Shown: one piece after another, positions 9,160 through 21,153 of the stretch | Numbering within the stretch: the first letter of the stretch is position 1 | Layout of the letters: each line of letters begins with the position of its first letter | From: Giardia intestinalis | Taxonomy: Eukaryota | DNA length: 64,000 bases | Direction: 5' to 3' (one strand) | Assembly: GCA_000002435.2 (NCBI GenBank) | Contig: CM018791.1 | Position numbers and translations under genes: made by a program | The notes under the pieces: model-generated | What the model saw: only the letters and a program-made list of their open reading frames with translations | What the model was told of the DNA's origin: nothing | Databases searched by the model: none

Positions 9160-11097
9160 CCGAATTGCAGCCTCACAGAATGTGACACACTGGCCTGTGG
9201 TTACTAGCTTTGGGAGGCCTGGCCTATGGGCTTCAATTGCCATACTTATCCACCAAGAATGAACACTGCGAAGGTGCCTACTCATTATTTGACAATTCAG
9301 GTTTTACACATGTTTCCTTGTGCATTATTGGGAGGAAGCATGAAAAATCCACATTCTTCGAAGGTAAAGCTCCTGTCCCCTACATCTATTTTCTAATAAA
9401 GCATTCAACTGCACAGACTAAGTGCTGCAGCTATCTCATGGTATTGAAAACCGTATATACAGGCTTTATCCTCAGACCTGCTAGAGTTGATTGGGGGGCC
9501 ATTAGCCTACTAATTTGACATGAACAGAAGGAGTAATGTGCCTATTCGGTCGACATTGAGGGTTAAACCACACCAATGACTGACTATGTGCCACACGGAT
9601 CACTCCCAGTAAGCATTTGTTACAAACTAGAGAGTCCTGCACGGTCAATTTACAGCACATCTTTCCATCATAACCTTCAAAGTAGGCGTCCATTCTGTTA
9701 TCACATAGCCTGTTGAGCCATGAGTGACACCTGCAACGTTTCTGCTTAACAGATTAAATGTTCTAAGCTTGTTCTTTGAATAATAAGTATAGCTGTCCCG
9801 TATTATTTACACAGAGGTGAAGACACGATACACTTATGCGCCAGGATCGCATTAAATTAGACCTTGATTGATAGCTATATATTCTACTGATTGCTCGCGC
9901 TCTTGGATTGCAGAATGAATAAAAGGTAGCTAGATTGCATGCATTACTATTGTAGAGTAAGTTATTTTAGGACGGATCCTGCAATCCTACTGGTGTCCAT
10001 CTCCCTAGATATCTGCATCTGGAGAGGACTGTTTCCTGGCTGCCTGTGACAAGCATAAAGGAAACGTGTCTTGAAGAAAAGCACATTCACAGGGTCGTAT
10101 ATTAATGCGGCTCAGCATGTCCATCAAGATTGGCATCGGATGGACTTCTGACAGCTGAGTACAGGAGTGCCTAGTTGCGCAAACTGTGGACCCGCAGTTC
10201 CTAAGCATACTAAGTAGCATCTCTTCAGTTCTGTGGCCTAAGTCAAGCGTTCTGCAGATAGACTCCTAAGTTAATGTGCTTCTGGCTATGATTTTCAGCT
10301 CTGGAGGTTCTGTCCCGTCCGCAGACTACTACTTCTAGATACAGTCTTTCTGCATCGGGAGTGAGGGGCTCTGTGGCCTCTTACTCTCCCTTCATACAAA
10401 TACAGACAGGTCCTTGCAGAAGAGACCCAGAGCTCTTGTAGCATTTACGCTGTGGCTACGCACCGTACCTCCCCACGCTTCTCTCGGATACTCACGGCGG
10501 CTGTATCCCTGGTTGTCCACGCTACGTTGCCCCACATGAGAAGTCCATTAGCGAAGCGCTTGTGGTCACCGAAGCTGCCTGCTCAATATCGGTTAGCGGC
10601 CTTCACCGGTATTTCACGTCCACATATGCAAGGGGCACCTGCGTCTCAGCGCCGTCCCTCAGGCACTGTAGCAGGCGAGGTCTGACTTCGCTGCATTGGC
10701 GGTTTCGTGATATGCATCCAGCTACCCGATGTTTGGCAATGGTCTGTGCCAATTCCTGAGCAACTGGTAACAAATCCTTACCTGTTTAGAGTCATACCTG
10801 TGAAGGGTGTCCCTTACATCACGGAAGACCCTAGCCGCCGGTCGACGCTCGGCGCCAGATGCCTCCTGCGGGCCACGAGGAGCGAATCTGCATGGGTCTT
10901 CCCACATGCTGCTAGCGCCGGGCCGCCCGCCCATTGCGCGCATGACCAACGCCTCGGCGCCAGACCCGCAACGCAGGAGGAGTGTGTGTTCATTCACTCT
11001 TTGCAAACGAGCAAGATATTCAGATCCAGCCCCAACAATTCTTAAGTAATGAGCTGCGACGTCTAAGCTACAGCCGTATTCAATGATTTACAGAAAA

Positions 11098-14000
11098 TTA
11101 GAGCTGAACCATGGATGGTTGTCTGGAACCATTTAGTAGAGGTGCAGTAGAGTACATAGACGCAGTAAGACTAGAATTGCGAGTGAGTTGCGGCTTAGGA
11201 AGCCCGCGACCAGGCTTCCGCGGGGCACGCTCCCTCAGTACACCGCTCTTCCTGGGCCGTATCACGAACCACCAGACGAGGAAGCCGGCCACCGCAGCGA
11301 GGACGAGGAGAACGACGACCACGATCGCAGCTGTTGTGCCGGCAGACGATTTGTTAGATGGAGCAGGGACTCCGCAGACGAAGTCGCTTGTGAGAGAGAA
11401 GCCTTCATCGCATATGCAAGTGGGCTTTACGCCGTTCTCAGACACGCACCTGCCGTTGCCCCCGCAGATCGTCACGGTGCCGTCGGTGCCGCGCTGGATG
11501 CACTGGCTGCTGATGCAGAGCCCCTCGGAGACGGTCTCGTAGCCGCTTCTGCAGCTGCACAAGCCCCCGTCGGAGAGCTGGCAGTCGCCGTTCCCCCCGC
11601 ACAGCGTTCCACTGGAAACGCAGGCCGATGGGTAGCAGAGGGTCCCGTGGAGGGTCCAGCCTTGTCTGCAGCTGCAGATCGCAGAGGACCCTTCACCAGT
11701 ACACTCTCCTCCGCCGTTGCAGACTTTCCCGTCCTTGAGACACCTTGTGGGGATGCAATCAGTCTTGACCAGAGTATAGTCTTTTGCACACAGGCAGCCG
11801 TAGGTGTCGCCGGTCTTCTCGCAGGCGCCGAAGCCGCTACAAAGCTTGTTGTCTGACGAGACGCAGCTGCTATGCACACAACCATTTTGACCAGGGAGGT
11901 TCTTAAAATTGGGGGCCTGGCAGTTGCATGTTCCTGTGTCACCGGTCTCCGTGCACGTCCCACCACCATCACAAACTTCTGAAAGAATGCTCTCGTGCGC
12001 CCCGAAGCACTCCTTGACGAAGCACTGGCCGGTCTTCTTGTCTGTACGGTACCTGCTGTTGTCGCACCTGCACATTCCTGTACCAGTGGTGGCTTCAACG
12101 CATGTTCCACGGTTATTACATATCTTAGTAATGTCATCAGCGTGATCTCTCGGCATGCATTCTCTATATACGCAGACACTTGATCCAATGAGAATTGTTC
12201 CAGAATTGCAACTACATTCCCCAGTGGCCTCGCCGTTGTCATTGCACGTACCCATACCATAGCACGTTTTTTCTGTCTGATCGTATGGATCCGTCCAGAC
12301 GCACCTGGACTTCCGGCACTTCTTGCTAGCACTGTCAACGACGAAGCTCGAGTTGACGCAGACGCAGTTGAAGCTACTGCCACCAAACTGACAAGTTCCT
12401 GCATCAGTATTTTCTTCCATACTACAGCTATCTTTTGGACAGTTGCTAAGATAACATCGCTTATCTGTGTGTTCCAGGTACCCATCATTGCAAGCCTTGC
12501 ATTGAGGACCTTCGTACCCAGGGTAGCACTTACATGTCTTTTCTTCTATAGAGCAAGTTCCCCTTCCGCTGCATATCATGGTTGTGTCTGTCTCCGAGAC
12601 AGCACATACCTCCGGGATACACACATAATTTCCTAATATGCCTTTGACTGTTTTGTAGCCAGACTCACAGCTGCAAGAATATTCTACGGTATGATCCCCC
12701 TTGCATGTTCCGTGACCAGAACACTCGACATTCCTGAAGGTGTTTCCAGGCAGGACGTCACTGAGACACACTCTCTTGATGCACTTTTTATTCTCCAGCT
12801 GGACAATGTCAGATCGCTCTATACACTTGCAGTAGGGTTCGGATGACTGAGTGGTATTCAGAATGCACATTCCAAACTGTCTTCCGCCGCATGTAGTATT
12901 CATTTTGGTGTTATCTAGTTTTGTAATCTCAAATATGCAAGCCTTTGGCAGACAGAACCCATCAAGTTCTTCGTACCCGTCAGGCCTCGGGTCCTTGCAC
13001 TTACAAGCGTAGTCTCGACGATCGCCGTGCGACGCTATCTTTGTGCACACACCAATCGTGTCACCGCCACATACGGATTCAGTGAGCCTTCCGTTACTGT
13101 CTGTAGCATTGATGAAGCAATTGAGACCAACACAGACCTTATCCACCAACTTGGTCCCTAGATTGCATATGCATCCATCAGGTCCACACCTACCCGCGCC
13201 TCCACAGATCACCGGTACGTCCTTGTCTTTACTAGAAATACACTTTTCTAGCACGCATGTCTTCCTCAGCTCGCCGCTTGCGTCTCTAAGTGTATACGCA
13301 TTCGCACCATTAGTACACGTGCATTGCTTGTCCTTCAATAAACCGTTGGCACTGCATGTTCCCAGCCCGTTACACTCTATGGCGGCGTCGTTCGCAGACG
13401 CCCTATACATGCACTTGCTCGGGACACACGTGTCTCTATTTCCATCTTGATTTCTTTTATCACTCAGTTCGTAGCCCTCGGAGCAGACGCAGCCGTAGCG
13501 GTTATCATCTCCCTTCACGCACGAAGCCAAAGAGTCACCTCCGCAATACTTATCCCCAGACATGCAGCTTTGGTGAACGCAAAGCCCATTAAAAGACTTG
13601 TATGAAAAAGCACACTTGCACGAGTACGTGTTTCCATTAGAATCTTGTGTGCAACTCCCAACGGTGCCGTCGTAGACCTTGCATTCGACGTACTTAAGTT
13701 CTCCATTGTGGATCACCTTTCCGGCGCACCCGGGGTGAGTGCAGTAACCACCAAAGGCCTCAAAACCATCCTTACACTCACATCCATATCGGCCGGTCAG
13801 CTGGTTGTACGCGCAGACTCCCTTCCCAGAGCAGACGTGGCGATCTAACGTTAGCTTCCTTGCATCGGCTGCCGTCACGCCCACAGGCAGGCAGTCGTAG
13901 CTGTAGCACATGTCACCGATCCTCAGGAAGCCCGGGTTGCAGGTGCAGGACTCATTTTCGTTTATGTAGCCAGCTCCGGGGCCGCCGCATAGACCTCTTG

Positions 14001-16179
14001 CTAGCTTAGTCTGTGGATTCGCATTCTTGCTTTTTAAAATGCACGTCTTGTTGTATGTAACATAGTCCCCAGTGCAATTACACTGCCACGTCGTGTCCCG
14101 GCCGACGGTGCAGTGGAGTTCGTGACTGCCCAGCGCAGCGCAGTACTTAGGTGCTCCTGGGCCGGCGAGCTTTTTATCAAGCTTGCACGCATTGGTGACG
14201 CACGCCTTTAAACTTTGGTCCCACGTAGCATCTGGACCGCAATCGCATTCATATCCTTCGTTACCATCCTTCTTTTTGACACAGTCTCCCACACCACCAC
14301 AGTAATTGTACCACATATGATAAATAGATCTACCGTCGTGACAGTCGGTATGCATGCAGGTTGCATTGTTTTCCCCAAAGTGTACAAGATGAAAGCCAGT
14401 TGGGCACACAGTGCACGTTTCAGGTAGATTGGAGCCTTCAGAAGGCTTAGCACAGGTTGGCATTCGATCGTCCTGAAGACTATCTGTCAGCCCCTCTAGG
14501 AACCCACAAAAGAACCTTCTTGTCTTATCTATCTTACTGATAAATACACATCCAGGTTTAGCAGAGAAGGTGCCGTTGTAGGCTGAAACGTTCCCATCAC
14601 TGGAGCCTTTAGGGACGCATGTGATGAACGGATTGCTAGGATCTCCATAAGTGGTGTACGTGCCTGTGTTCCCGCAGATATCCTGAGCAGTAGCCGTGCG
14701 CAGACTGGGCTGTGGATCCGGTGGTTGTTGTTGCACAATGCACTTCTTTGCAATGCATTTCTTGTCAATCACTTGCGCATTTTGTTGATTACATTCTGCG
14801 CACTTAGCTCCTGTGTAGATAGGCGAACACTGGCACGTCATCGTATAAGGAGCCTCAGCACTAACGACAATGCGTCCATGATCACTGCAAACCGTGGCAG
14901 GGATATCCACCAGACTGCTCAAGATGCAGCGCCCTGGAGCGATGTAGGTATAGTCCTGATCACAAGTGCATTGTATATTTCGTAGATCGTCCGTCTTGCA
15001 CGTGCCGTGCCCCGAGCAGACCTTCCCAAGTTCCTCGTCCATGCACGCGGGGGACGTGCACTCTCCGTCAACGGCAATGAGCATGTCCGGGCAGCGGCAG
15101 TGGTACTCGCCATCGAACTTGACACATGTTCCTCCGTTCTTGCATGATTCTCGCTTGTCTGAGGTGAGGCATCCCACTGGAACGCACTTGCCATTTATCT
15201 TAGCAGACTTGTCAGTGCAAGTATCGCAGAGGTCGCCCGTGGCAAGTCCCCGGCAATCGCACTTATAGCCAGCGCCGTCACGCACACAGGCGCCCACTCC
15301 GCCACAGATCTTCGAGTTGGAGCTATCGGTGCAGGTCGGATGCGTGCAGAACTCACCAACCTGGACTGCATTAGAATCGCAAACACACCTGAAGGTGCCG
15401 GTATTTCCCTCATCTGTGCAGTTCCCAAAGCCCCCGCAGACGACCGGGGACCCGTCGATCGTGGCCACGCACTCTGTCCTGACGCACTTGTGTCCAACGC
15501 GTGTATATCCCGTCTCACAGGCACAACGGTAGTGGTATGATTCGCGATTGAGGCCTACGTCGAGGACACAGTTACCATGTCCTGAGCACACAGTGCCGTC
15601 AGGATCCTGGCAAGCCCGTGGGTTACAAGTGGGGAGATTGTCCTGTGAGGGAGTCTTAGCATCAATTGCGTTGGCGTCGTCGCACGACTGGCAGAGACTC
15701 CCGCGGTAGATCGGGTAGCAGTCGCACGCGTAGTCGTCAGCACTCAGCCCGGCCAGCCCGGGGTCCTTCAGGAGGCAGCGGCCGCGGCCGTTGCAGGGAG
15801 GCTTCGTTGCCTCCTGTCCTGAGAGGTCACCGGTGTTGAAGCAGCTCTTCGGCAGGCACTCGCCCTCGTAGGACACGAAGCCATCGGGGCAGGGGTCGCA
15901 CGAGTACGCCCCCGCGTAGTAGGTGCACTTGTTCGACTCTGTGCACTCCGTCCCGTTCACGAGGCAAGCGTAGTTGACGGCCCTGTCTGCGGGTGTCTGC
16001 CCACTGGTAGTTACCCTGCGGAACCCTGCACGGGGAGCATCGCACGCAGCCCCCGCCCAGCCCCGCCTGCACTGGCAGAAGTATGCTCCGTCCCCGTAGG
16101 TGCAATTTCCGTGGACGCACTCGGGGCCTGTTCCGCATGCACTGGCGAGGAATGCAATAGCATACAGGAGAATCAGCAT
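11098..16179 (-). CDS. High-cysteine membrane protein (HCMP; VSP-like, EGF/CXXC-rich), 1693 aa
   Basis: ATG verified at 16179..16177. The N-terminus is a signal peptide (MLILLYAIAFLASA). Hundreds of Cys in CXXC/CXC spacing with GxCxxC-type repeats. A single C-terminal TM (IVVVVLLVLAAVAGFLVWWFVI) is followed by a roughly 45-aa cytoplasmic tail, which distinguishes it from VSPs ending in CRGKA. Confidence 0.85.
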   Translation of the reverse strand: MLILLYAIAFLASACGTGPECVHGNCTYGDGAYFCQCRRGWAGAACDAPRAGFRRVTTSGQTPADRAVNYACLVNGTECTESNKCTYYAGAYSCDPCPDGFVSYEGECLPKSCFNTGDLSGQEATKPPCNGRGRCLLKDPGLAGLSADDYACDCYPIYRGSLCQSCDDANAIDAKTPSQDNLPTCNPRACQDPDGTVCSGHGNCVLDVGLNRESYHYRCACETGYTRVGHKCVRTECVATIDGSPVVCGGFGNCTDEGNTGTFRCVCDSNAVQVGEFCTHPTCTDSSNSKICGGVGACVRDGAGYKCDCRGLATGDLCDTCTDKSAKINGKCVPVGCLTSDKRESCKNGGTCVKFDGEYHCRCPDMLIAVDGECTSPACMDEELGKVCSGHGTCKTDDLRNIQCTCDQDYTYIAPGRCILSSLVDIPATVCSDHGRIVVSAEAPYTMTCQCSPIYTGAKCAECNQQNAQVIDKKCIAKKCIVQQQPPDPQPSLRTATAQDICGNTGTYTTYGDPSNPFITCVPKGSSDGNVSAYNGTFSAKPGCVFISKIDKTRRFFCGFLEGLTDSLQDDRMPTCAKPSEGSNLPETCTVCPTGFHLVHFGENNATCMHTDCHDGRSIYHMWYNYCGGVGDCVKKKDGNEGYECDCGPDATWDQSLKACVTNACKLDKKLAGPGAPKYCAALGSHELHCTVGRDTTWQCNCTGDYVTYNKTCILKSKNANPQTKLARGLCGGPGAGYINENESCTCNPGFLRIGDMCYSYDCLPVGVTAADARKLTLDRHVCSGKGVCAYNQLTGRYGCECKDGFEAFGGYCTHPGCAGKVIHNGELKYVECKVYDGTVGSCTQDSNGNTYSCKCAFSYKSFNGLCVHQSCMSGDKYCGGDSLASCVKGDDNRYGCVCSEGYELSDKRNQDGNRDTCVPSKCMYRASANDAAIECNGLGTCSANGLLKDKQCTCTNGANAYTLRDASGELRKTCVLEKCISSKDKDVPVICGGAGRCGPDGCICNLGTKLVDKVCVGLNCFINATDSNGRLTESVCGGDTIGVCTKIASHGDRRDYACKCKDPRPDGYEELDGFCLPKACIFEITKLDNTKMNTTCGGRQFGMCILNTTQSSEPYCKCIERSDIVQLENKKCIKRVCLSDVLPGNTFRNVECSGHGTCKGDHTVEYSCSCESGYKTVKGILGNYVCIPEVCAVSETDTTMICSGRGTCSIEEKTCKCYPGYEGPQCKACNDGYLEHTDKRCYLSNCPKDSCSMEENTDAGTCQFGGSSFNCVCVNSSFVVDSASKKCRKSRCVWTDPYDQTEKTCYGMGTCNDNGEATGECSCNSGTILIGSSVCVYRECMPRDHADDITKICNNRGTCVEATTGTGMCRCDNSRYRTDKKTGQCFVKECFGAHESILSEVCDGGGTCTETGDTGTCNCQAPNFKNLPGQNGCVHSSCVSSDNKLCSGFGACEKTGDTYGCLCAKDYTLVKTDCIPTRCLKDGKVCNGGGECTGEGSSAICSCRQGWTLHGTLCYPSACVSSGTLCGGNGDCQLSDGGLCSCRSGYETVSEGLCISSQCIQRGTDGTVTICGGNGRCVSENGVKPTCICDEGFSLTSDFVCGVPAPSNKSSAGTTAAIVVVVLLVLAAVAGFLVWWFVIRPRKSGVLRERAPRKPGRGLPKPQLTRNSSLTASMYSTAPLLNGSRQPSMVQL

Positions 16180-18578
16180 ACAGTGATTTTAAAGATGGCT
16201 CCGGGTTATTATGTGCTAGCATACCATGAATATAAGAAGGAAACTTGTAAGTTTGTCATTTACAAACGAAAGTATACTGTTTCTGAGCTGTCCTCAGATG
16301 CTGCGTATAGCAGGATTAAATCGATACGTCACAAGGTTGTAGTTATTTACACGTCTTTTAAATATTGCTTCATTTCAACGAGGCGTTGCTTCAGTCTTCG
16401 TAGACATAGAGCACTATATGGTTGCACTCTTGATACTGAAGGCTAAAAGCGCTGAATTTCGAGGATTGCTCAGACTGATGAAGTAGATTGACACGAGTAC
16501 CAGGTCATTGTAACGTCGATAGCTATTGCCGTCATGCAAGGAGACGTTATGTCACGAAAAGGCCACGACTCAGATATTCTCGGTAGAGTAAAGAATTGCT
16601 CTTACAAATGAAGAATAAGAGGCGTGAAGGGACAGACAGTGGAGCAGAGTACAAAACGAAAAGGCAAGCTAATTGCTTTCTTTTAGTGGCGTATACATCC
16701 ATGAGACAGACCTCGCGGGCCCATTGCAGTCGATCTCCGTGATCAACGGGAGAGTCTGTGGCCCTTGTGCGGGTCTGGCGCCGAGGCGTTGGTCATGCGC
16801 GCAATGGGCGGGCGGCCCGGCGCTAGCAGCATGTGGGAAGACCCATGCAGATTCGCTCCTCGTGGCCCGCAGGAGGCATCTGGCGCCGAGCGTCGACCGG
16901 CGGCTAGGGTCTTCCGTGATGTAAGGGACACCCTTCACAGGTATGACTCTAAACAGGTAAGGATTTGTTACCAGTTGCTCAGGAATTGGCACAGACCATT
17001 GCCAAACATCGGGTAGCTGGATGCATATCACGAAACCGCCAATGCAGCGAAGTCAGACCTCGCCTGCTACAGTGCCTGAGGGACGGCGCTGAGACGCAGG
17101 TGCCCCTTGCATATGTGGACGTGAAATACCGGTGAAGGCCGCTAACCGATATTGAGCAGGCAGCTTCGGTGACCACAAGCGCTTCGCTAATGGACTTCTC
17201 ATGTGGGGCAACGTAGCGTGGACAACCAGGGATACAGCCGCCGTGAGTATCCGAGAGAAGCGTGGGGAGGTACGGTGCGTAGCCACAGCGTAAATGCTAC
17301 AAGAGCTCTGGGTCTCTTCTGCAAGGACCTGTCTGTATTTGTATGAAGGGAGAGTAAGAGGCCACAGAGCCCCTCACTCCCGATGCAGAAAGACTGTATC
17401 TAGAAGTAGTAGTCTGCGGACGGGACAGAACCTCCAGAGCTGAAAATCATAGCCAGAAGCACATTAACTTAGGAGTCTATCTGCAGAACGCTTGACTTAG
17501 GCCACAGAACTGAAGAGATGCTACTTAGTATGCTTAGGAACTGCGGGTCCACAGTTTGCGCAACTAGGCACTCCTGTACTCAGCTGTCAGAAGTCCATCC
17601 GATGCCAATCTTGATGGACATGCTGAGCCGCATTAATATACGACCCTGTGAATGTGCTTTTCTTCAAGACACGTTTCCTTTATGCTTGTCACAGGCAGCC
17701 AGGAAACAGTCCTCTCCAGATGCAGATATCTAGGGAGATGGACACCAGTAGGATTGCAGGATCCGTCCTAAAATAACTTACTCTACAATAGTAATGCATG
17801 CAATCTAGCTACCTTTTATTCATTCTGCAATCCAAGAGCGCGAGCAATCAGTAGAATATATAGCTATCAATCAAGGTCTAATTTAATGCGATCCTGGCGC
17901 ATAAGTGTATCGTGTCTTCACCTCTGTGTAAATAATACGGGACAGCTATACTTATTATTCAAAGAACAAGCTTAGAACATTTAATCTGTTAAGCAGAAAC
18001 GTTGCAGGTGTCACTCATGGCTCAACAGGCTATGTGATAACAGAATGGACGCCTACTTTGAAGGTTATGATGGAAAGATGTGCTGTAAATTGACCGTGCA
18101 GGACTCTCTAGTTTGTAACAAATGCTTACTGGGAGTGATCCGTGTGGCACATAGTCAGTCATTGGTGTGGTTTAACCCTCAATGTCGACCGAATAGGCAC
18201 ATTACTCCTTCTGTTCATGTCAAATTAGTAGGCTAATGGCCCCCCAATCAACTCTAGCAGGTCTGAGGATAAAGCCTGTATATACGGTTTTCAATACCAT
18301 GAGATAGCTGCAGCACTTAGTCTGTGCAGTTGAATGCTTTATTAGAAAATAGATGTAGGGGACAGGAGCTTTACCTTCGAAGAATGTGGATTTTTCATGC
18401 TTCCTCCCAATAATGCACAAGGAAACATGTGTAAAACCTGAATTGTCAAATAATGAGTAGGCACCTTCGCAGTGTTCATTCTTGGTGGATAAGTATGGCA
18501 ATTGAAGCCCATAGGCCAGGCCTCCCAAAGCTAGTAACCACAGGCCAGTGTGTCACATTCTGTGAGGCTGCAATTCGG

Positions 18579-21005
18579 CTATCGCTTGGCGCTCCCTTGT
18601 GCCCGGCTTTTGGAGCGCTTCTTTGTGGGTTCATCGAAGACAGCCTGCAATGCAGGATTGTTAAGAGCAATTGCAATCGTCTGGGCAGTTCTGCCGTCTG
18701 CTAGCTGCAAGTCCTTTTCATAAGAAAAGAGCAGCTTTACCAAGGCGACATCTTCGAGAAACACTGCAATGTGTATCGCAGCAGTGCCGTCGTTTTTCTG
18801 AAAGCCGGCTTCTTTCTTCAATAGAAGCTTGGCAAGATCTACATTTCTATGCTGCACAGCCCCCATCAGAGCTGTGAAGCCGTTTGTGTCATGCTGGCCT
18901 GCCTCTTTATCACAAGCTCCCAAGACAAGGGCAGCGTCTTTTGCGTCAGCCATAGCGGCAAGAATAAGGGCCGTCTTGCCGTCCTTTCGCACTGACCCGG
19001 CCTCTGCTGTCAAAAGGACCTTGCACACCTCTACTGCATTTGCTTCTGCTGCATGCATGAGCGCAGTCATGCCAACTCGCTCCTTGGGCACAGAAGAGCT
19101 AAGCCCAACGCGCAGTCCCGACTCTGCAGCAAGGAGAAGAGCAGCGATACCAGATAGATTCTTCTTTGCGCAAAGCATAAGGGCTGTTTCTGAATCAGCA
19201 TTTCTAAAGCCCATCTGGCTCGGAAGATAGCTTTCGGCAGAGATTCGATCGCCTTCCAGAATAGCCAGCATTAACGACGTATTGCCTTGCTCATCTCTGG
19301 GAAGTGATCCCGACAGCATATTGACGCGTTCTCGTTCCTCGAGGGTCAGGGCCCCGCCTTTGATTCCCAGCTTAGGAAGAGAGCTCAGCCTCCCCGCAAC
19401 TGTTTTCCCGGTTACTATGGTTTGATCATGTTCTCGAAGTGCTAGCTCGCCAACTTGGTTACCAGCCAGCTCGGCATATTGGGATGCAGTCATCCCATAC
19501 GAGTCCTCAAGGTATGTCTCCTCCTCTGCAAGCAGATTGATGGCTACGCCGCAATCAAGTTGTGCAGCAAGCATAAGGGCGGTCTTTCCCAGCATAGATT
19601 GATATCTGGCTTCCTGAATATAAAGCATGCTCACGGCACGATATGCGCCGCTCTTAATGGCGATCATCAAGGCAGTTGAGCCTTCATTATCGGCAAGCCC
19701 TGCTTCGAGGGGAATGAGGGCTCGTATAGACAGCAAGGAGTCAGACGCTGCTGCATGCATTAGCGCCGTTCGCCCAGCCCTGTCGCGAAGGCGTCCCTCG
19801 CGCCGGATCAGTTCTTGAACGAGTTCAAGTTTGTCATAGGAAGATGCGTACATAAGTGCGCTTCGGCCAGTGCGGTCCTGGAGCCCTGCATCCGATTTCA
19901 ATAGAAGCTTAGCCATCGGTGTATTCTGATAGACTATGGCGTACATTAGGCTGGAGTAGCCGTTCGAGTCTGCTTTCCCTTTCCATGCCCCTAGCGCCTT
20001 CGTAAATGCAGTCTTGTTGCCGGCGGCAATTGCCTGGGAAAGGGGGCTATTAGATTCGGGAAGAAGTGGGGCCACAGAGCTGCCAACGGAACTAAAGGAC
20101 ATTGTGCTGTCTGCTAGCACTGTGTTGACACGAGAAAGGGTAGGATCTTTGCAGTCAGCGGTAGCCTCGTGATCCTCAGGGAGGGAATTATCGAAGTGCT
20201 CGAAGCGAGGGTGTCCGAGAAGAACAACAGCTCCTGGCCGTTGGAACGGGTCTTGTTCAAGCATGGCGCGAAGAACGGTCACTAAGTCGCGCGAGTACTG
20301 TGGCGGCAAGGTGACAGACACGGGTGTGAGGATACGCGCGACCATCTCTTCTTCGCTAGCCGCAGCAAAGAGTTGCTTTTGCACACATAGTTCATAAATT
20401 ATACAACCAAGAGCCCAAACGTCTGCCTTGGTAGTTATGGCCTGAGATTTCAGGACCTCGGGGGCTACGTATGGGGTGAGGGGTGAGTATGCGTCGCCCG
20501 TAAAGGGGGATCCACTTTCTCGAACGCTCCACAGTGACCGCAAAAGCCCAGCTCCATCTCTAGACACATAGACCGAGGTGGGTGAAATTGCACCGTGAAC
20601 AAGAACAGGCTTTGCCAAAGGGCTATGAAGATAGGCCAGTCCTTGAAGTGCGCCATATAAAATTTGCCATATATCATCCTCTGGAGTGTATGGTCGCGAG
20701 CCTGTGTGGGCCGTAAAGAGAGTGAAGAGAGAGAAATCCTGGACATGCTGGGAAAGAAGAAAGACAGACCTGCGCTGATTATCTGGCTGGACAAGAATGT
20801 ATTTTCCAAGGAAGGGCGAATCGAGGCGAGCGATCAGGGCAGGACAGGCGCGAAGCGAAGAGGCAGAAGGCGCAGGGGGAGGTCCAACAAAGACCTCCTC
20901 ACAAAGGCAGGAGACGCCATCGTGCCGGGCGGCCGTATAGAGCTTGCGAAGGACGCCGTCCTCGAGGGTCTGGAGGTACGTGTAGCCGGACGGCAGAACG
21001 GCCAT
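18579..21005 (-). CDS. NEK-like pseudokinase with ankyrin repeats, 808 aa; copy B, identical to 6733..9159
   Basis: Translation identical to copy A in the ORF track. Confidence 0.8.
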   Translation of the reverse strand: MAVLPSGYTYLQTLEDGVLRKLYTAARHDGVSCLCEEVFVGPPPAPSASSLRACPALIARLDSPFLGKYILVQPDNQRRSVFLLSQHVQDFSLFTLFTAHTGSRPYTPEDDIWQILYGALQGLAYLHSPLAKPVLVHGAISPTSVYVSRDGAGLLRSLWSVRESGSPFTGDAYSPLTPYVAPEVLKSQAITTKADVWALGCIIYELCVQKQLFAAASEEEMVARILTPVSVTLPPQYSRDLVTVLRAMLEQDPFQRPGAVVLLGHPRFEHFDNSLPEDHEATADCKDPTLSRVNTVLADSTMSFSSVGSSVAPLLPESNSPLSQAIAAGNKTAFTKALGAWKGKADSNGYSSLMYAIVYQNTPMAKLLLKSDAGLQDRTGRSALMYASSYDKLELVQELIRREGRLRDRAGRTALMHAAASDSLLSIRALIPLEAGLADNEGSTALMIAIKSGAYRAVSMLYIQEARYQSMLGKTALMLAAQLDCGVAINLLAEEETYLEDSYGMTASQYAELAGNQVGELALREHDQTIVTGKTVAGRLSSLPKLGIKGGALTLEERERVNMLSGSLPRDEQGNTSLMLAILEGDRISAESYLPSQMGFRNADSETALMLCAKKNLSGIAALLLAAESGLRVGLSSSVPKERVGMTALMHAAEANAVEVCKVLLTAEAGSVRKDGKTALILAAMADAKDAALVLGACDKEAGQHDTNGFTALMGAVQHRNVDLAKLLLKKEAGFQKNDGTAAIHIAVFLEDVALVKLLFSYEKDLQLADGRTAQTIAIALNNPALQAVFDEPTKKRSKSRAQGSAKR

Positions 21006-21069
21006 TGATCAAATACCAACACACTGCTAGCAAAATTACAAGTCATTCTGATATTCTGCGTGCGGTCGC

Positions 21070-21142
21070 GCCGATGTAGCTCAGTCGGTAGAGCGCAGGA
21101 CTCTTAATCCTGTGGTCGCGGGTTCGAGCCCCGTCGTCGGTA
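21070..21142 (+). tRNA. tRNA-Lys (anticodon CUU), second copy inside the right repeat arm
   Basis: Sequence GCCGATGTAGCTCAGTCGGTAGAGCGCAGGACTCTTAATCCTGTGGTCGCGGGTTCGAGCCCCGTCGTCGGTA. Cloverleaf as described for the left copy. Confidence 0.85.
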
Positions 21143-21153
21143 CTTTCCCTGCT

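Larger units (their letters stand above)
5975..10970. repeat. Left arm of a 4996-bp perfect inverted repeat (palindrome 1)
   Basis: Every ORF in the track across this interval has an identical-protein mirror partner whose coordinates sum to 27738 (for example 6733..9159 and 18579..21005). I aligned the boundary nucleotides by hand: the outer end at 5975 pairs with 21763, and the inner end at 10970 pairs with 16768. Confidence 0.9.

Noticed and set aside
11111-15743. Many 60-340-aa ORFs antisense to or out of frame within the HCMP gene (for example 11188..11856 +, 11472..12488 -, 13043..13450 +)
   Set aside because: They are fully contained in the 5.1-kb HCMP coding region. They are a by-product of its repetitive Cys/Gly/Thr codon composition and do not make sensible proteins.
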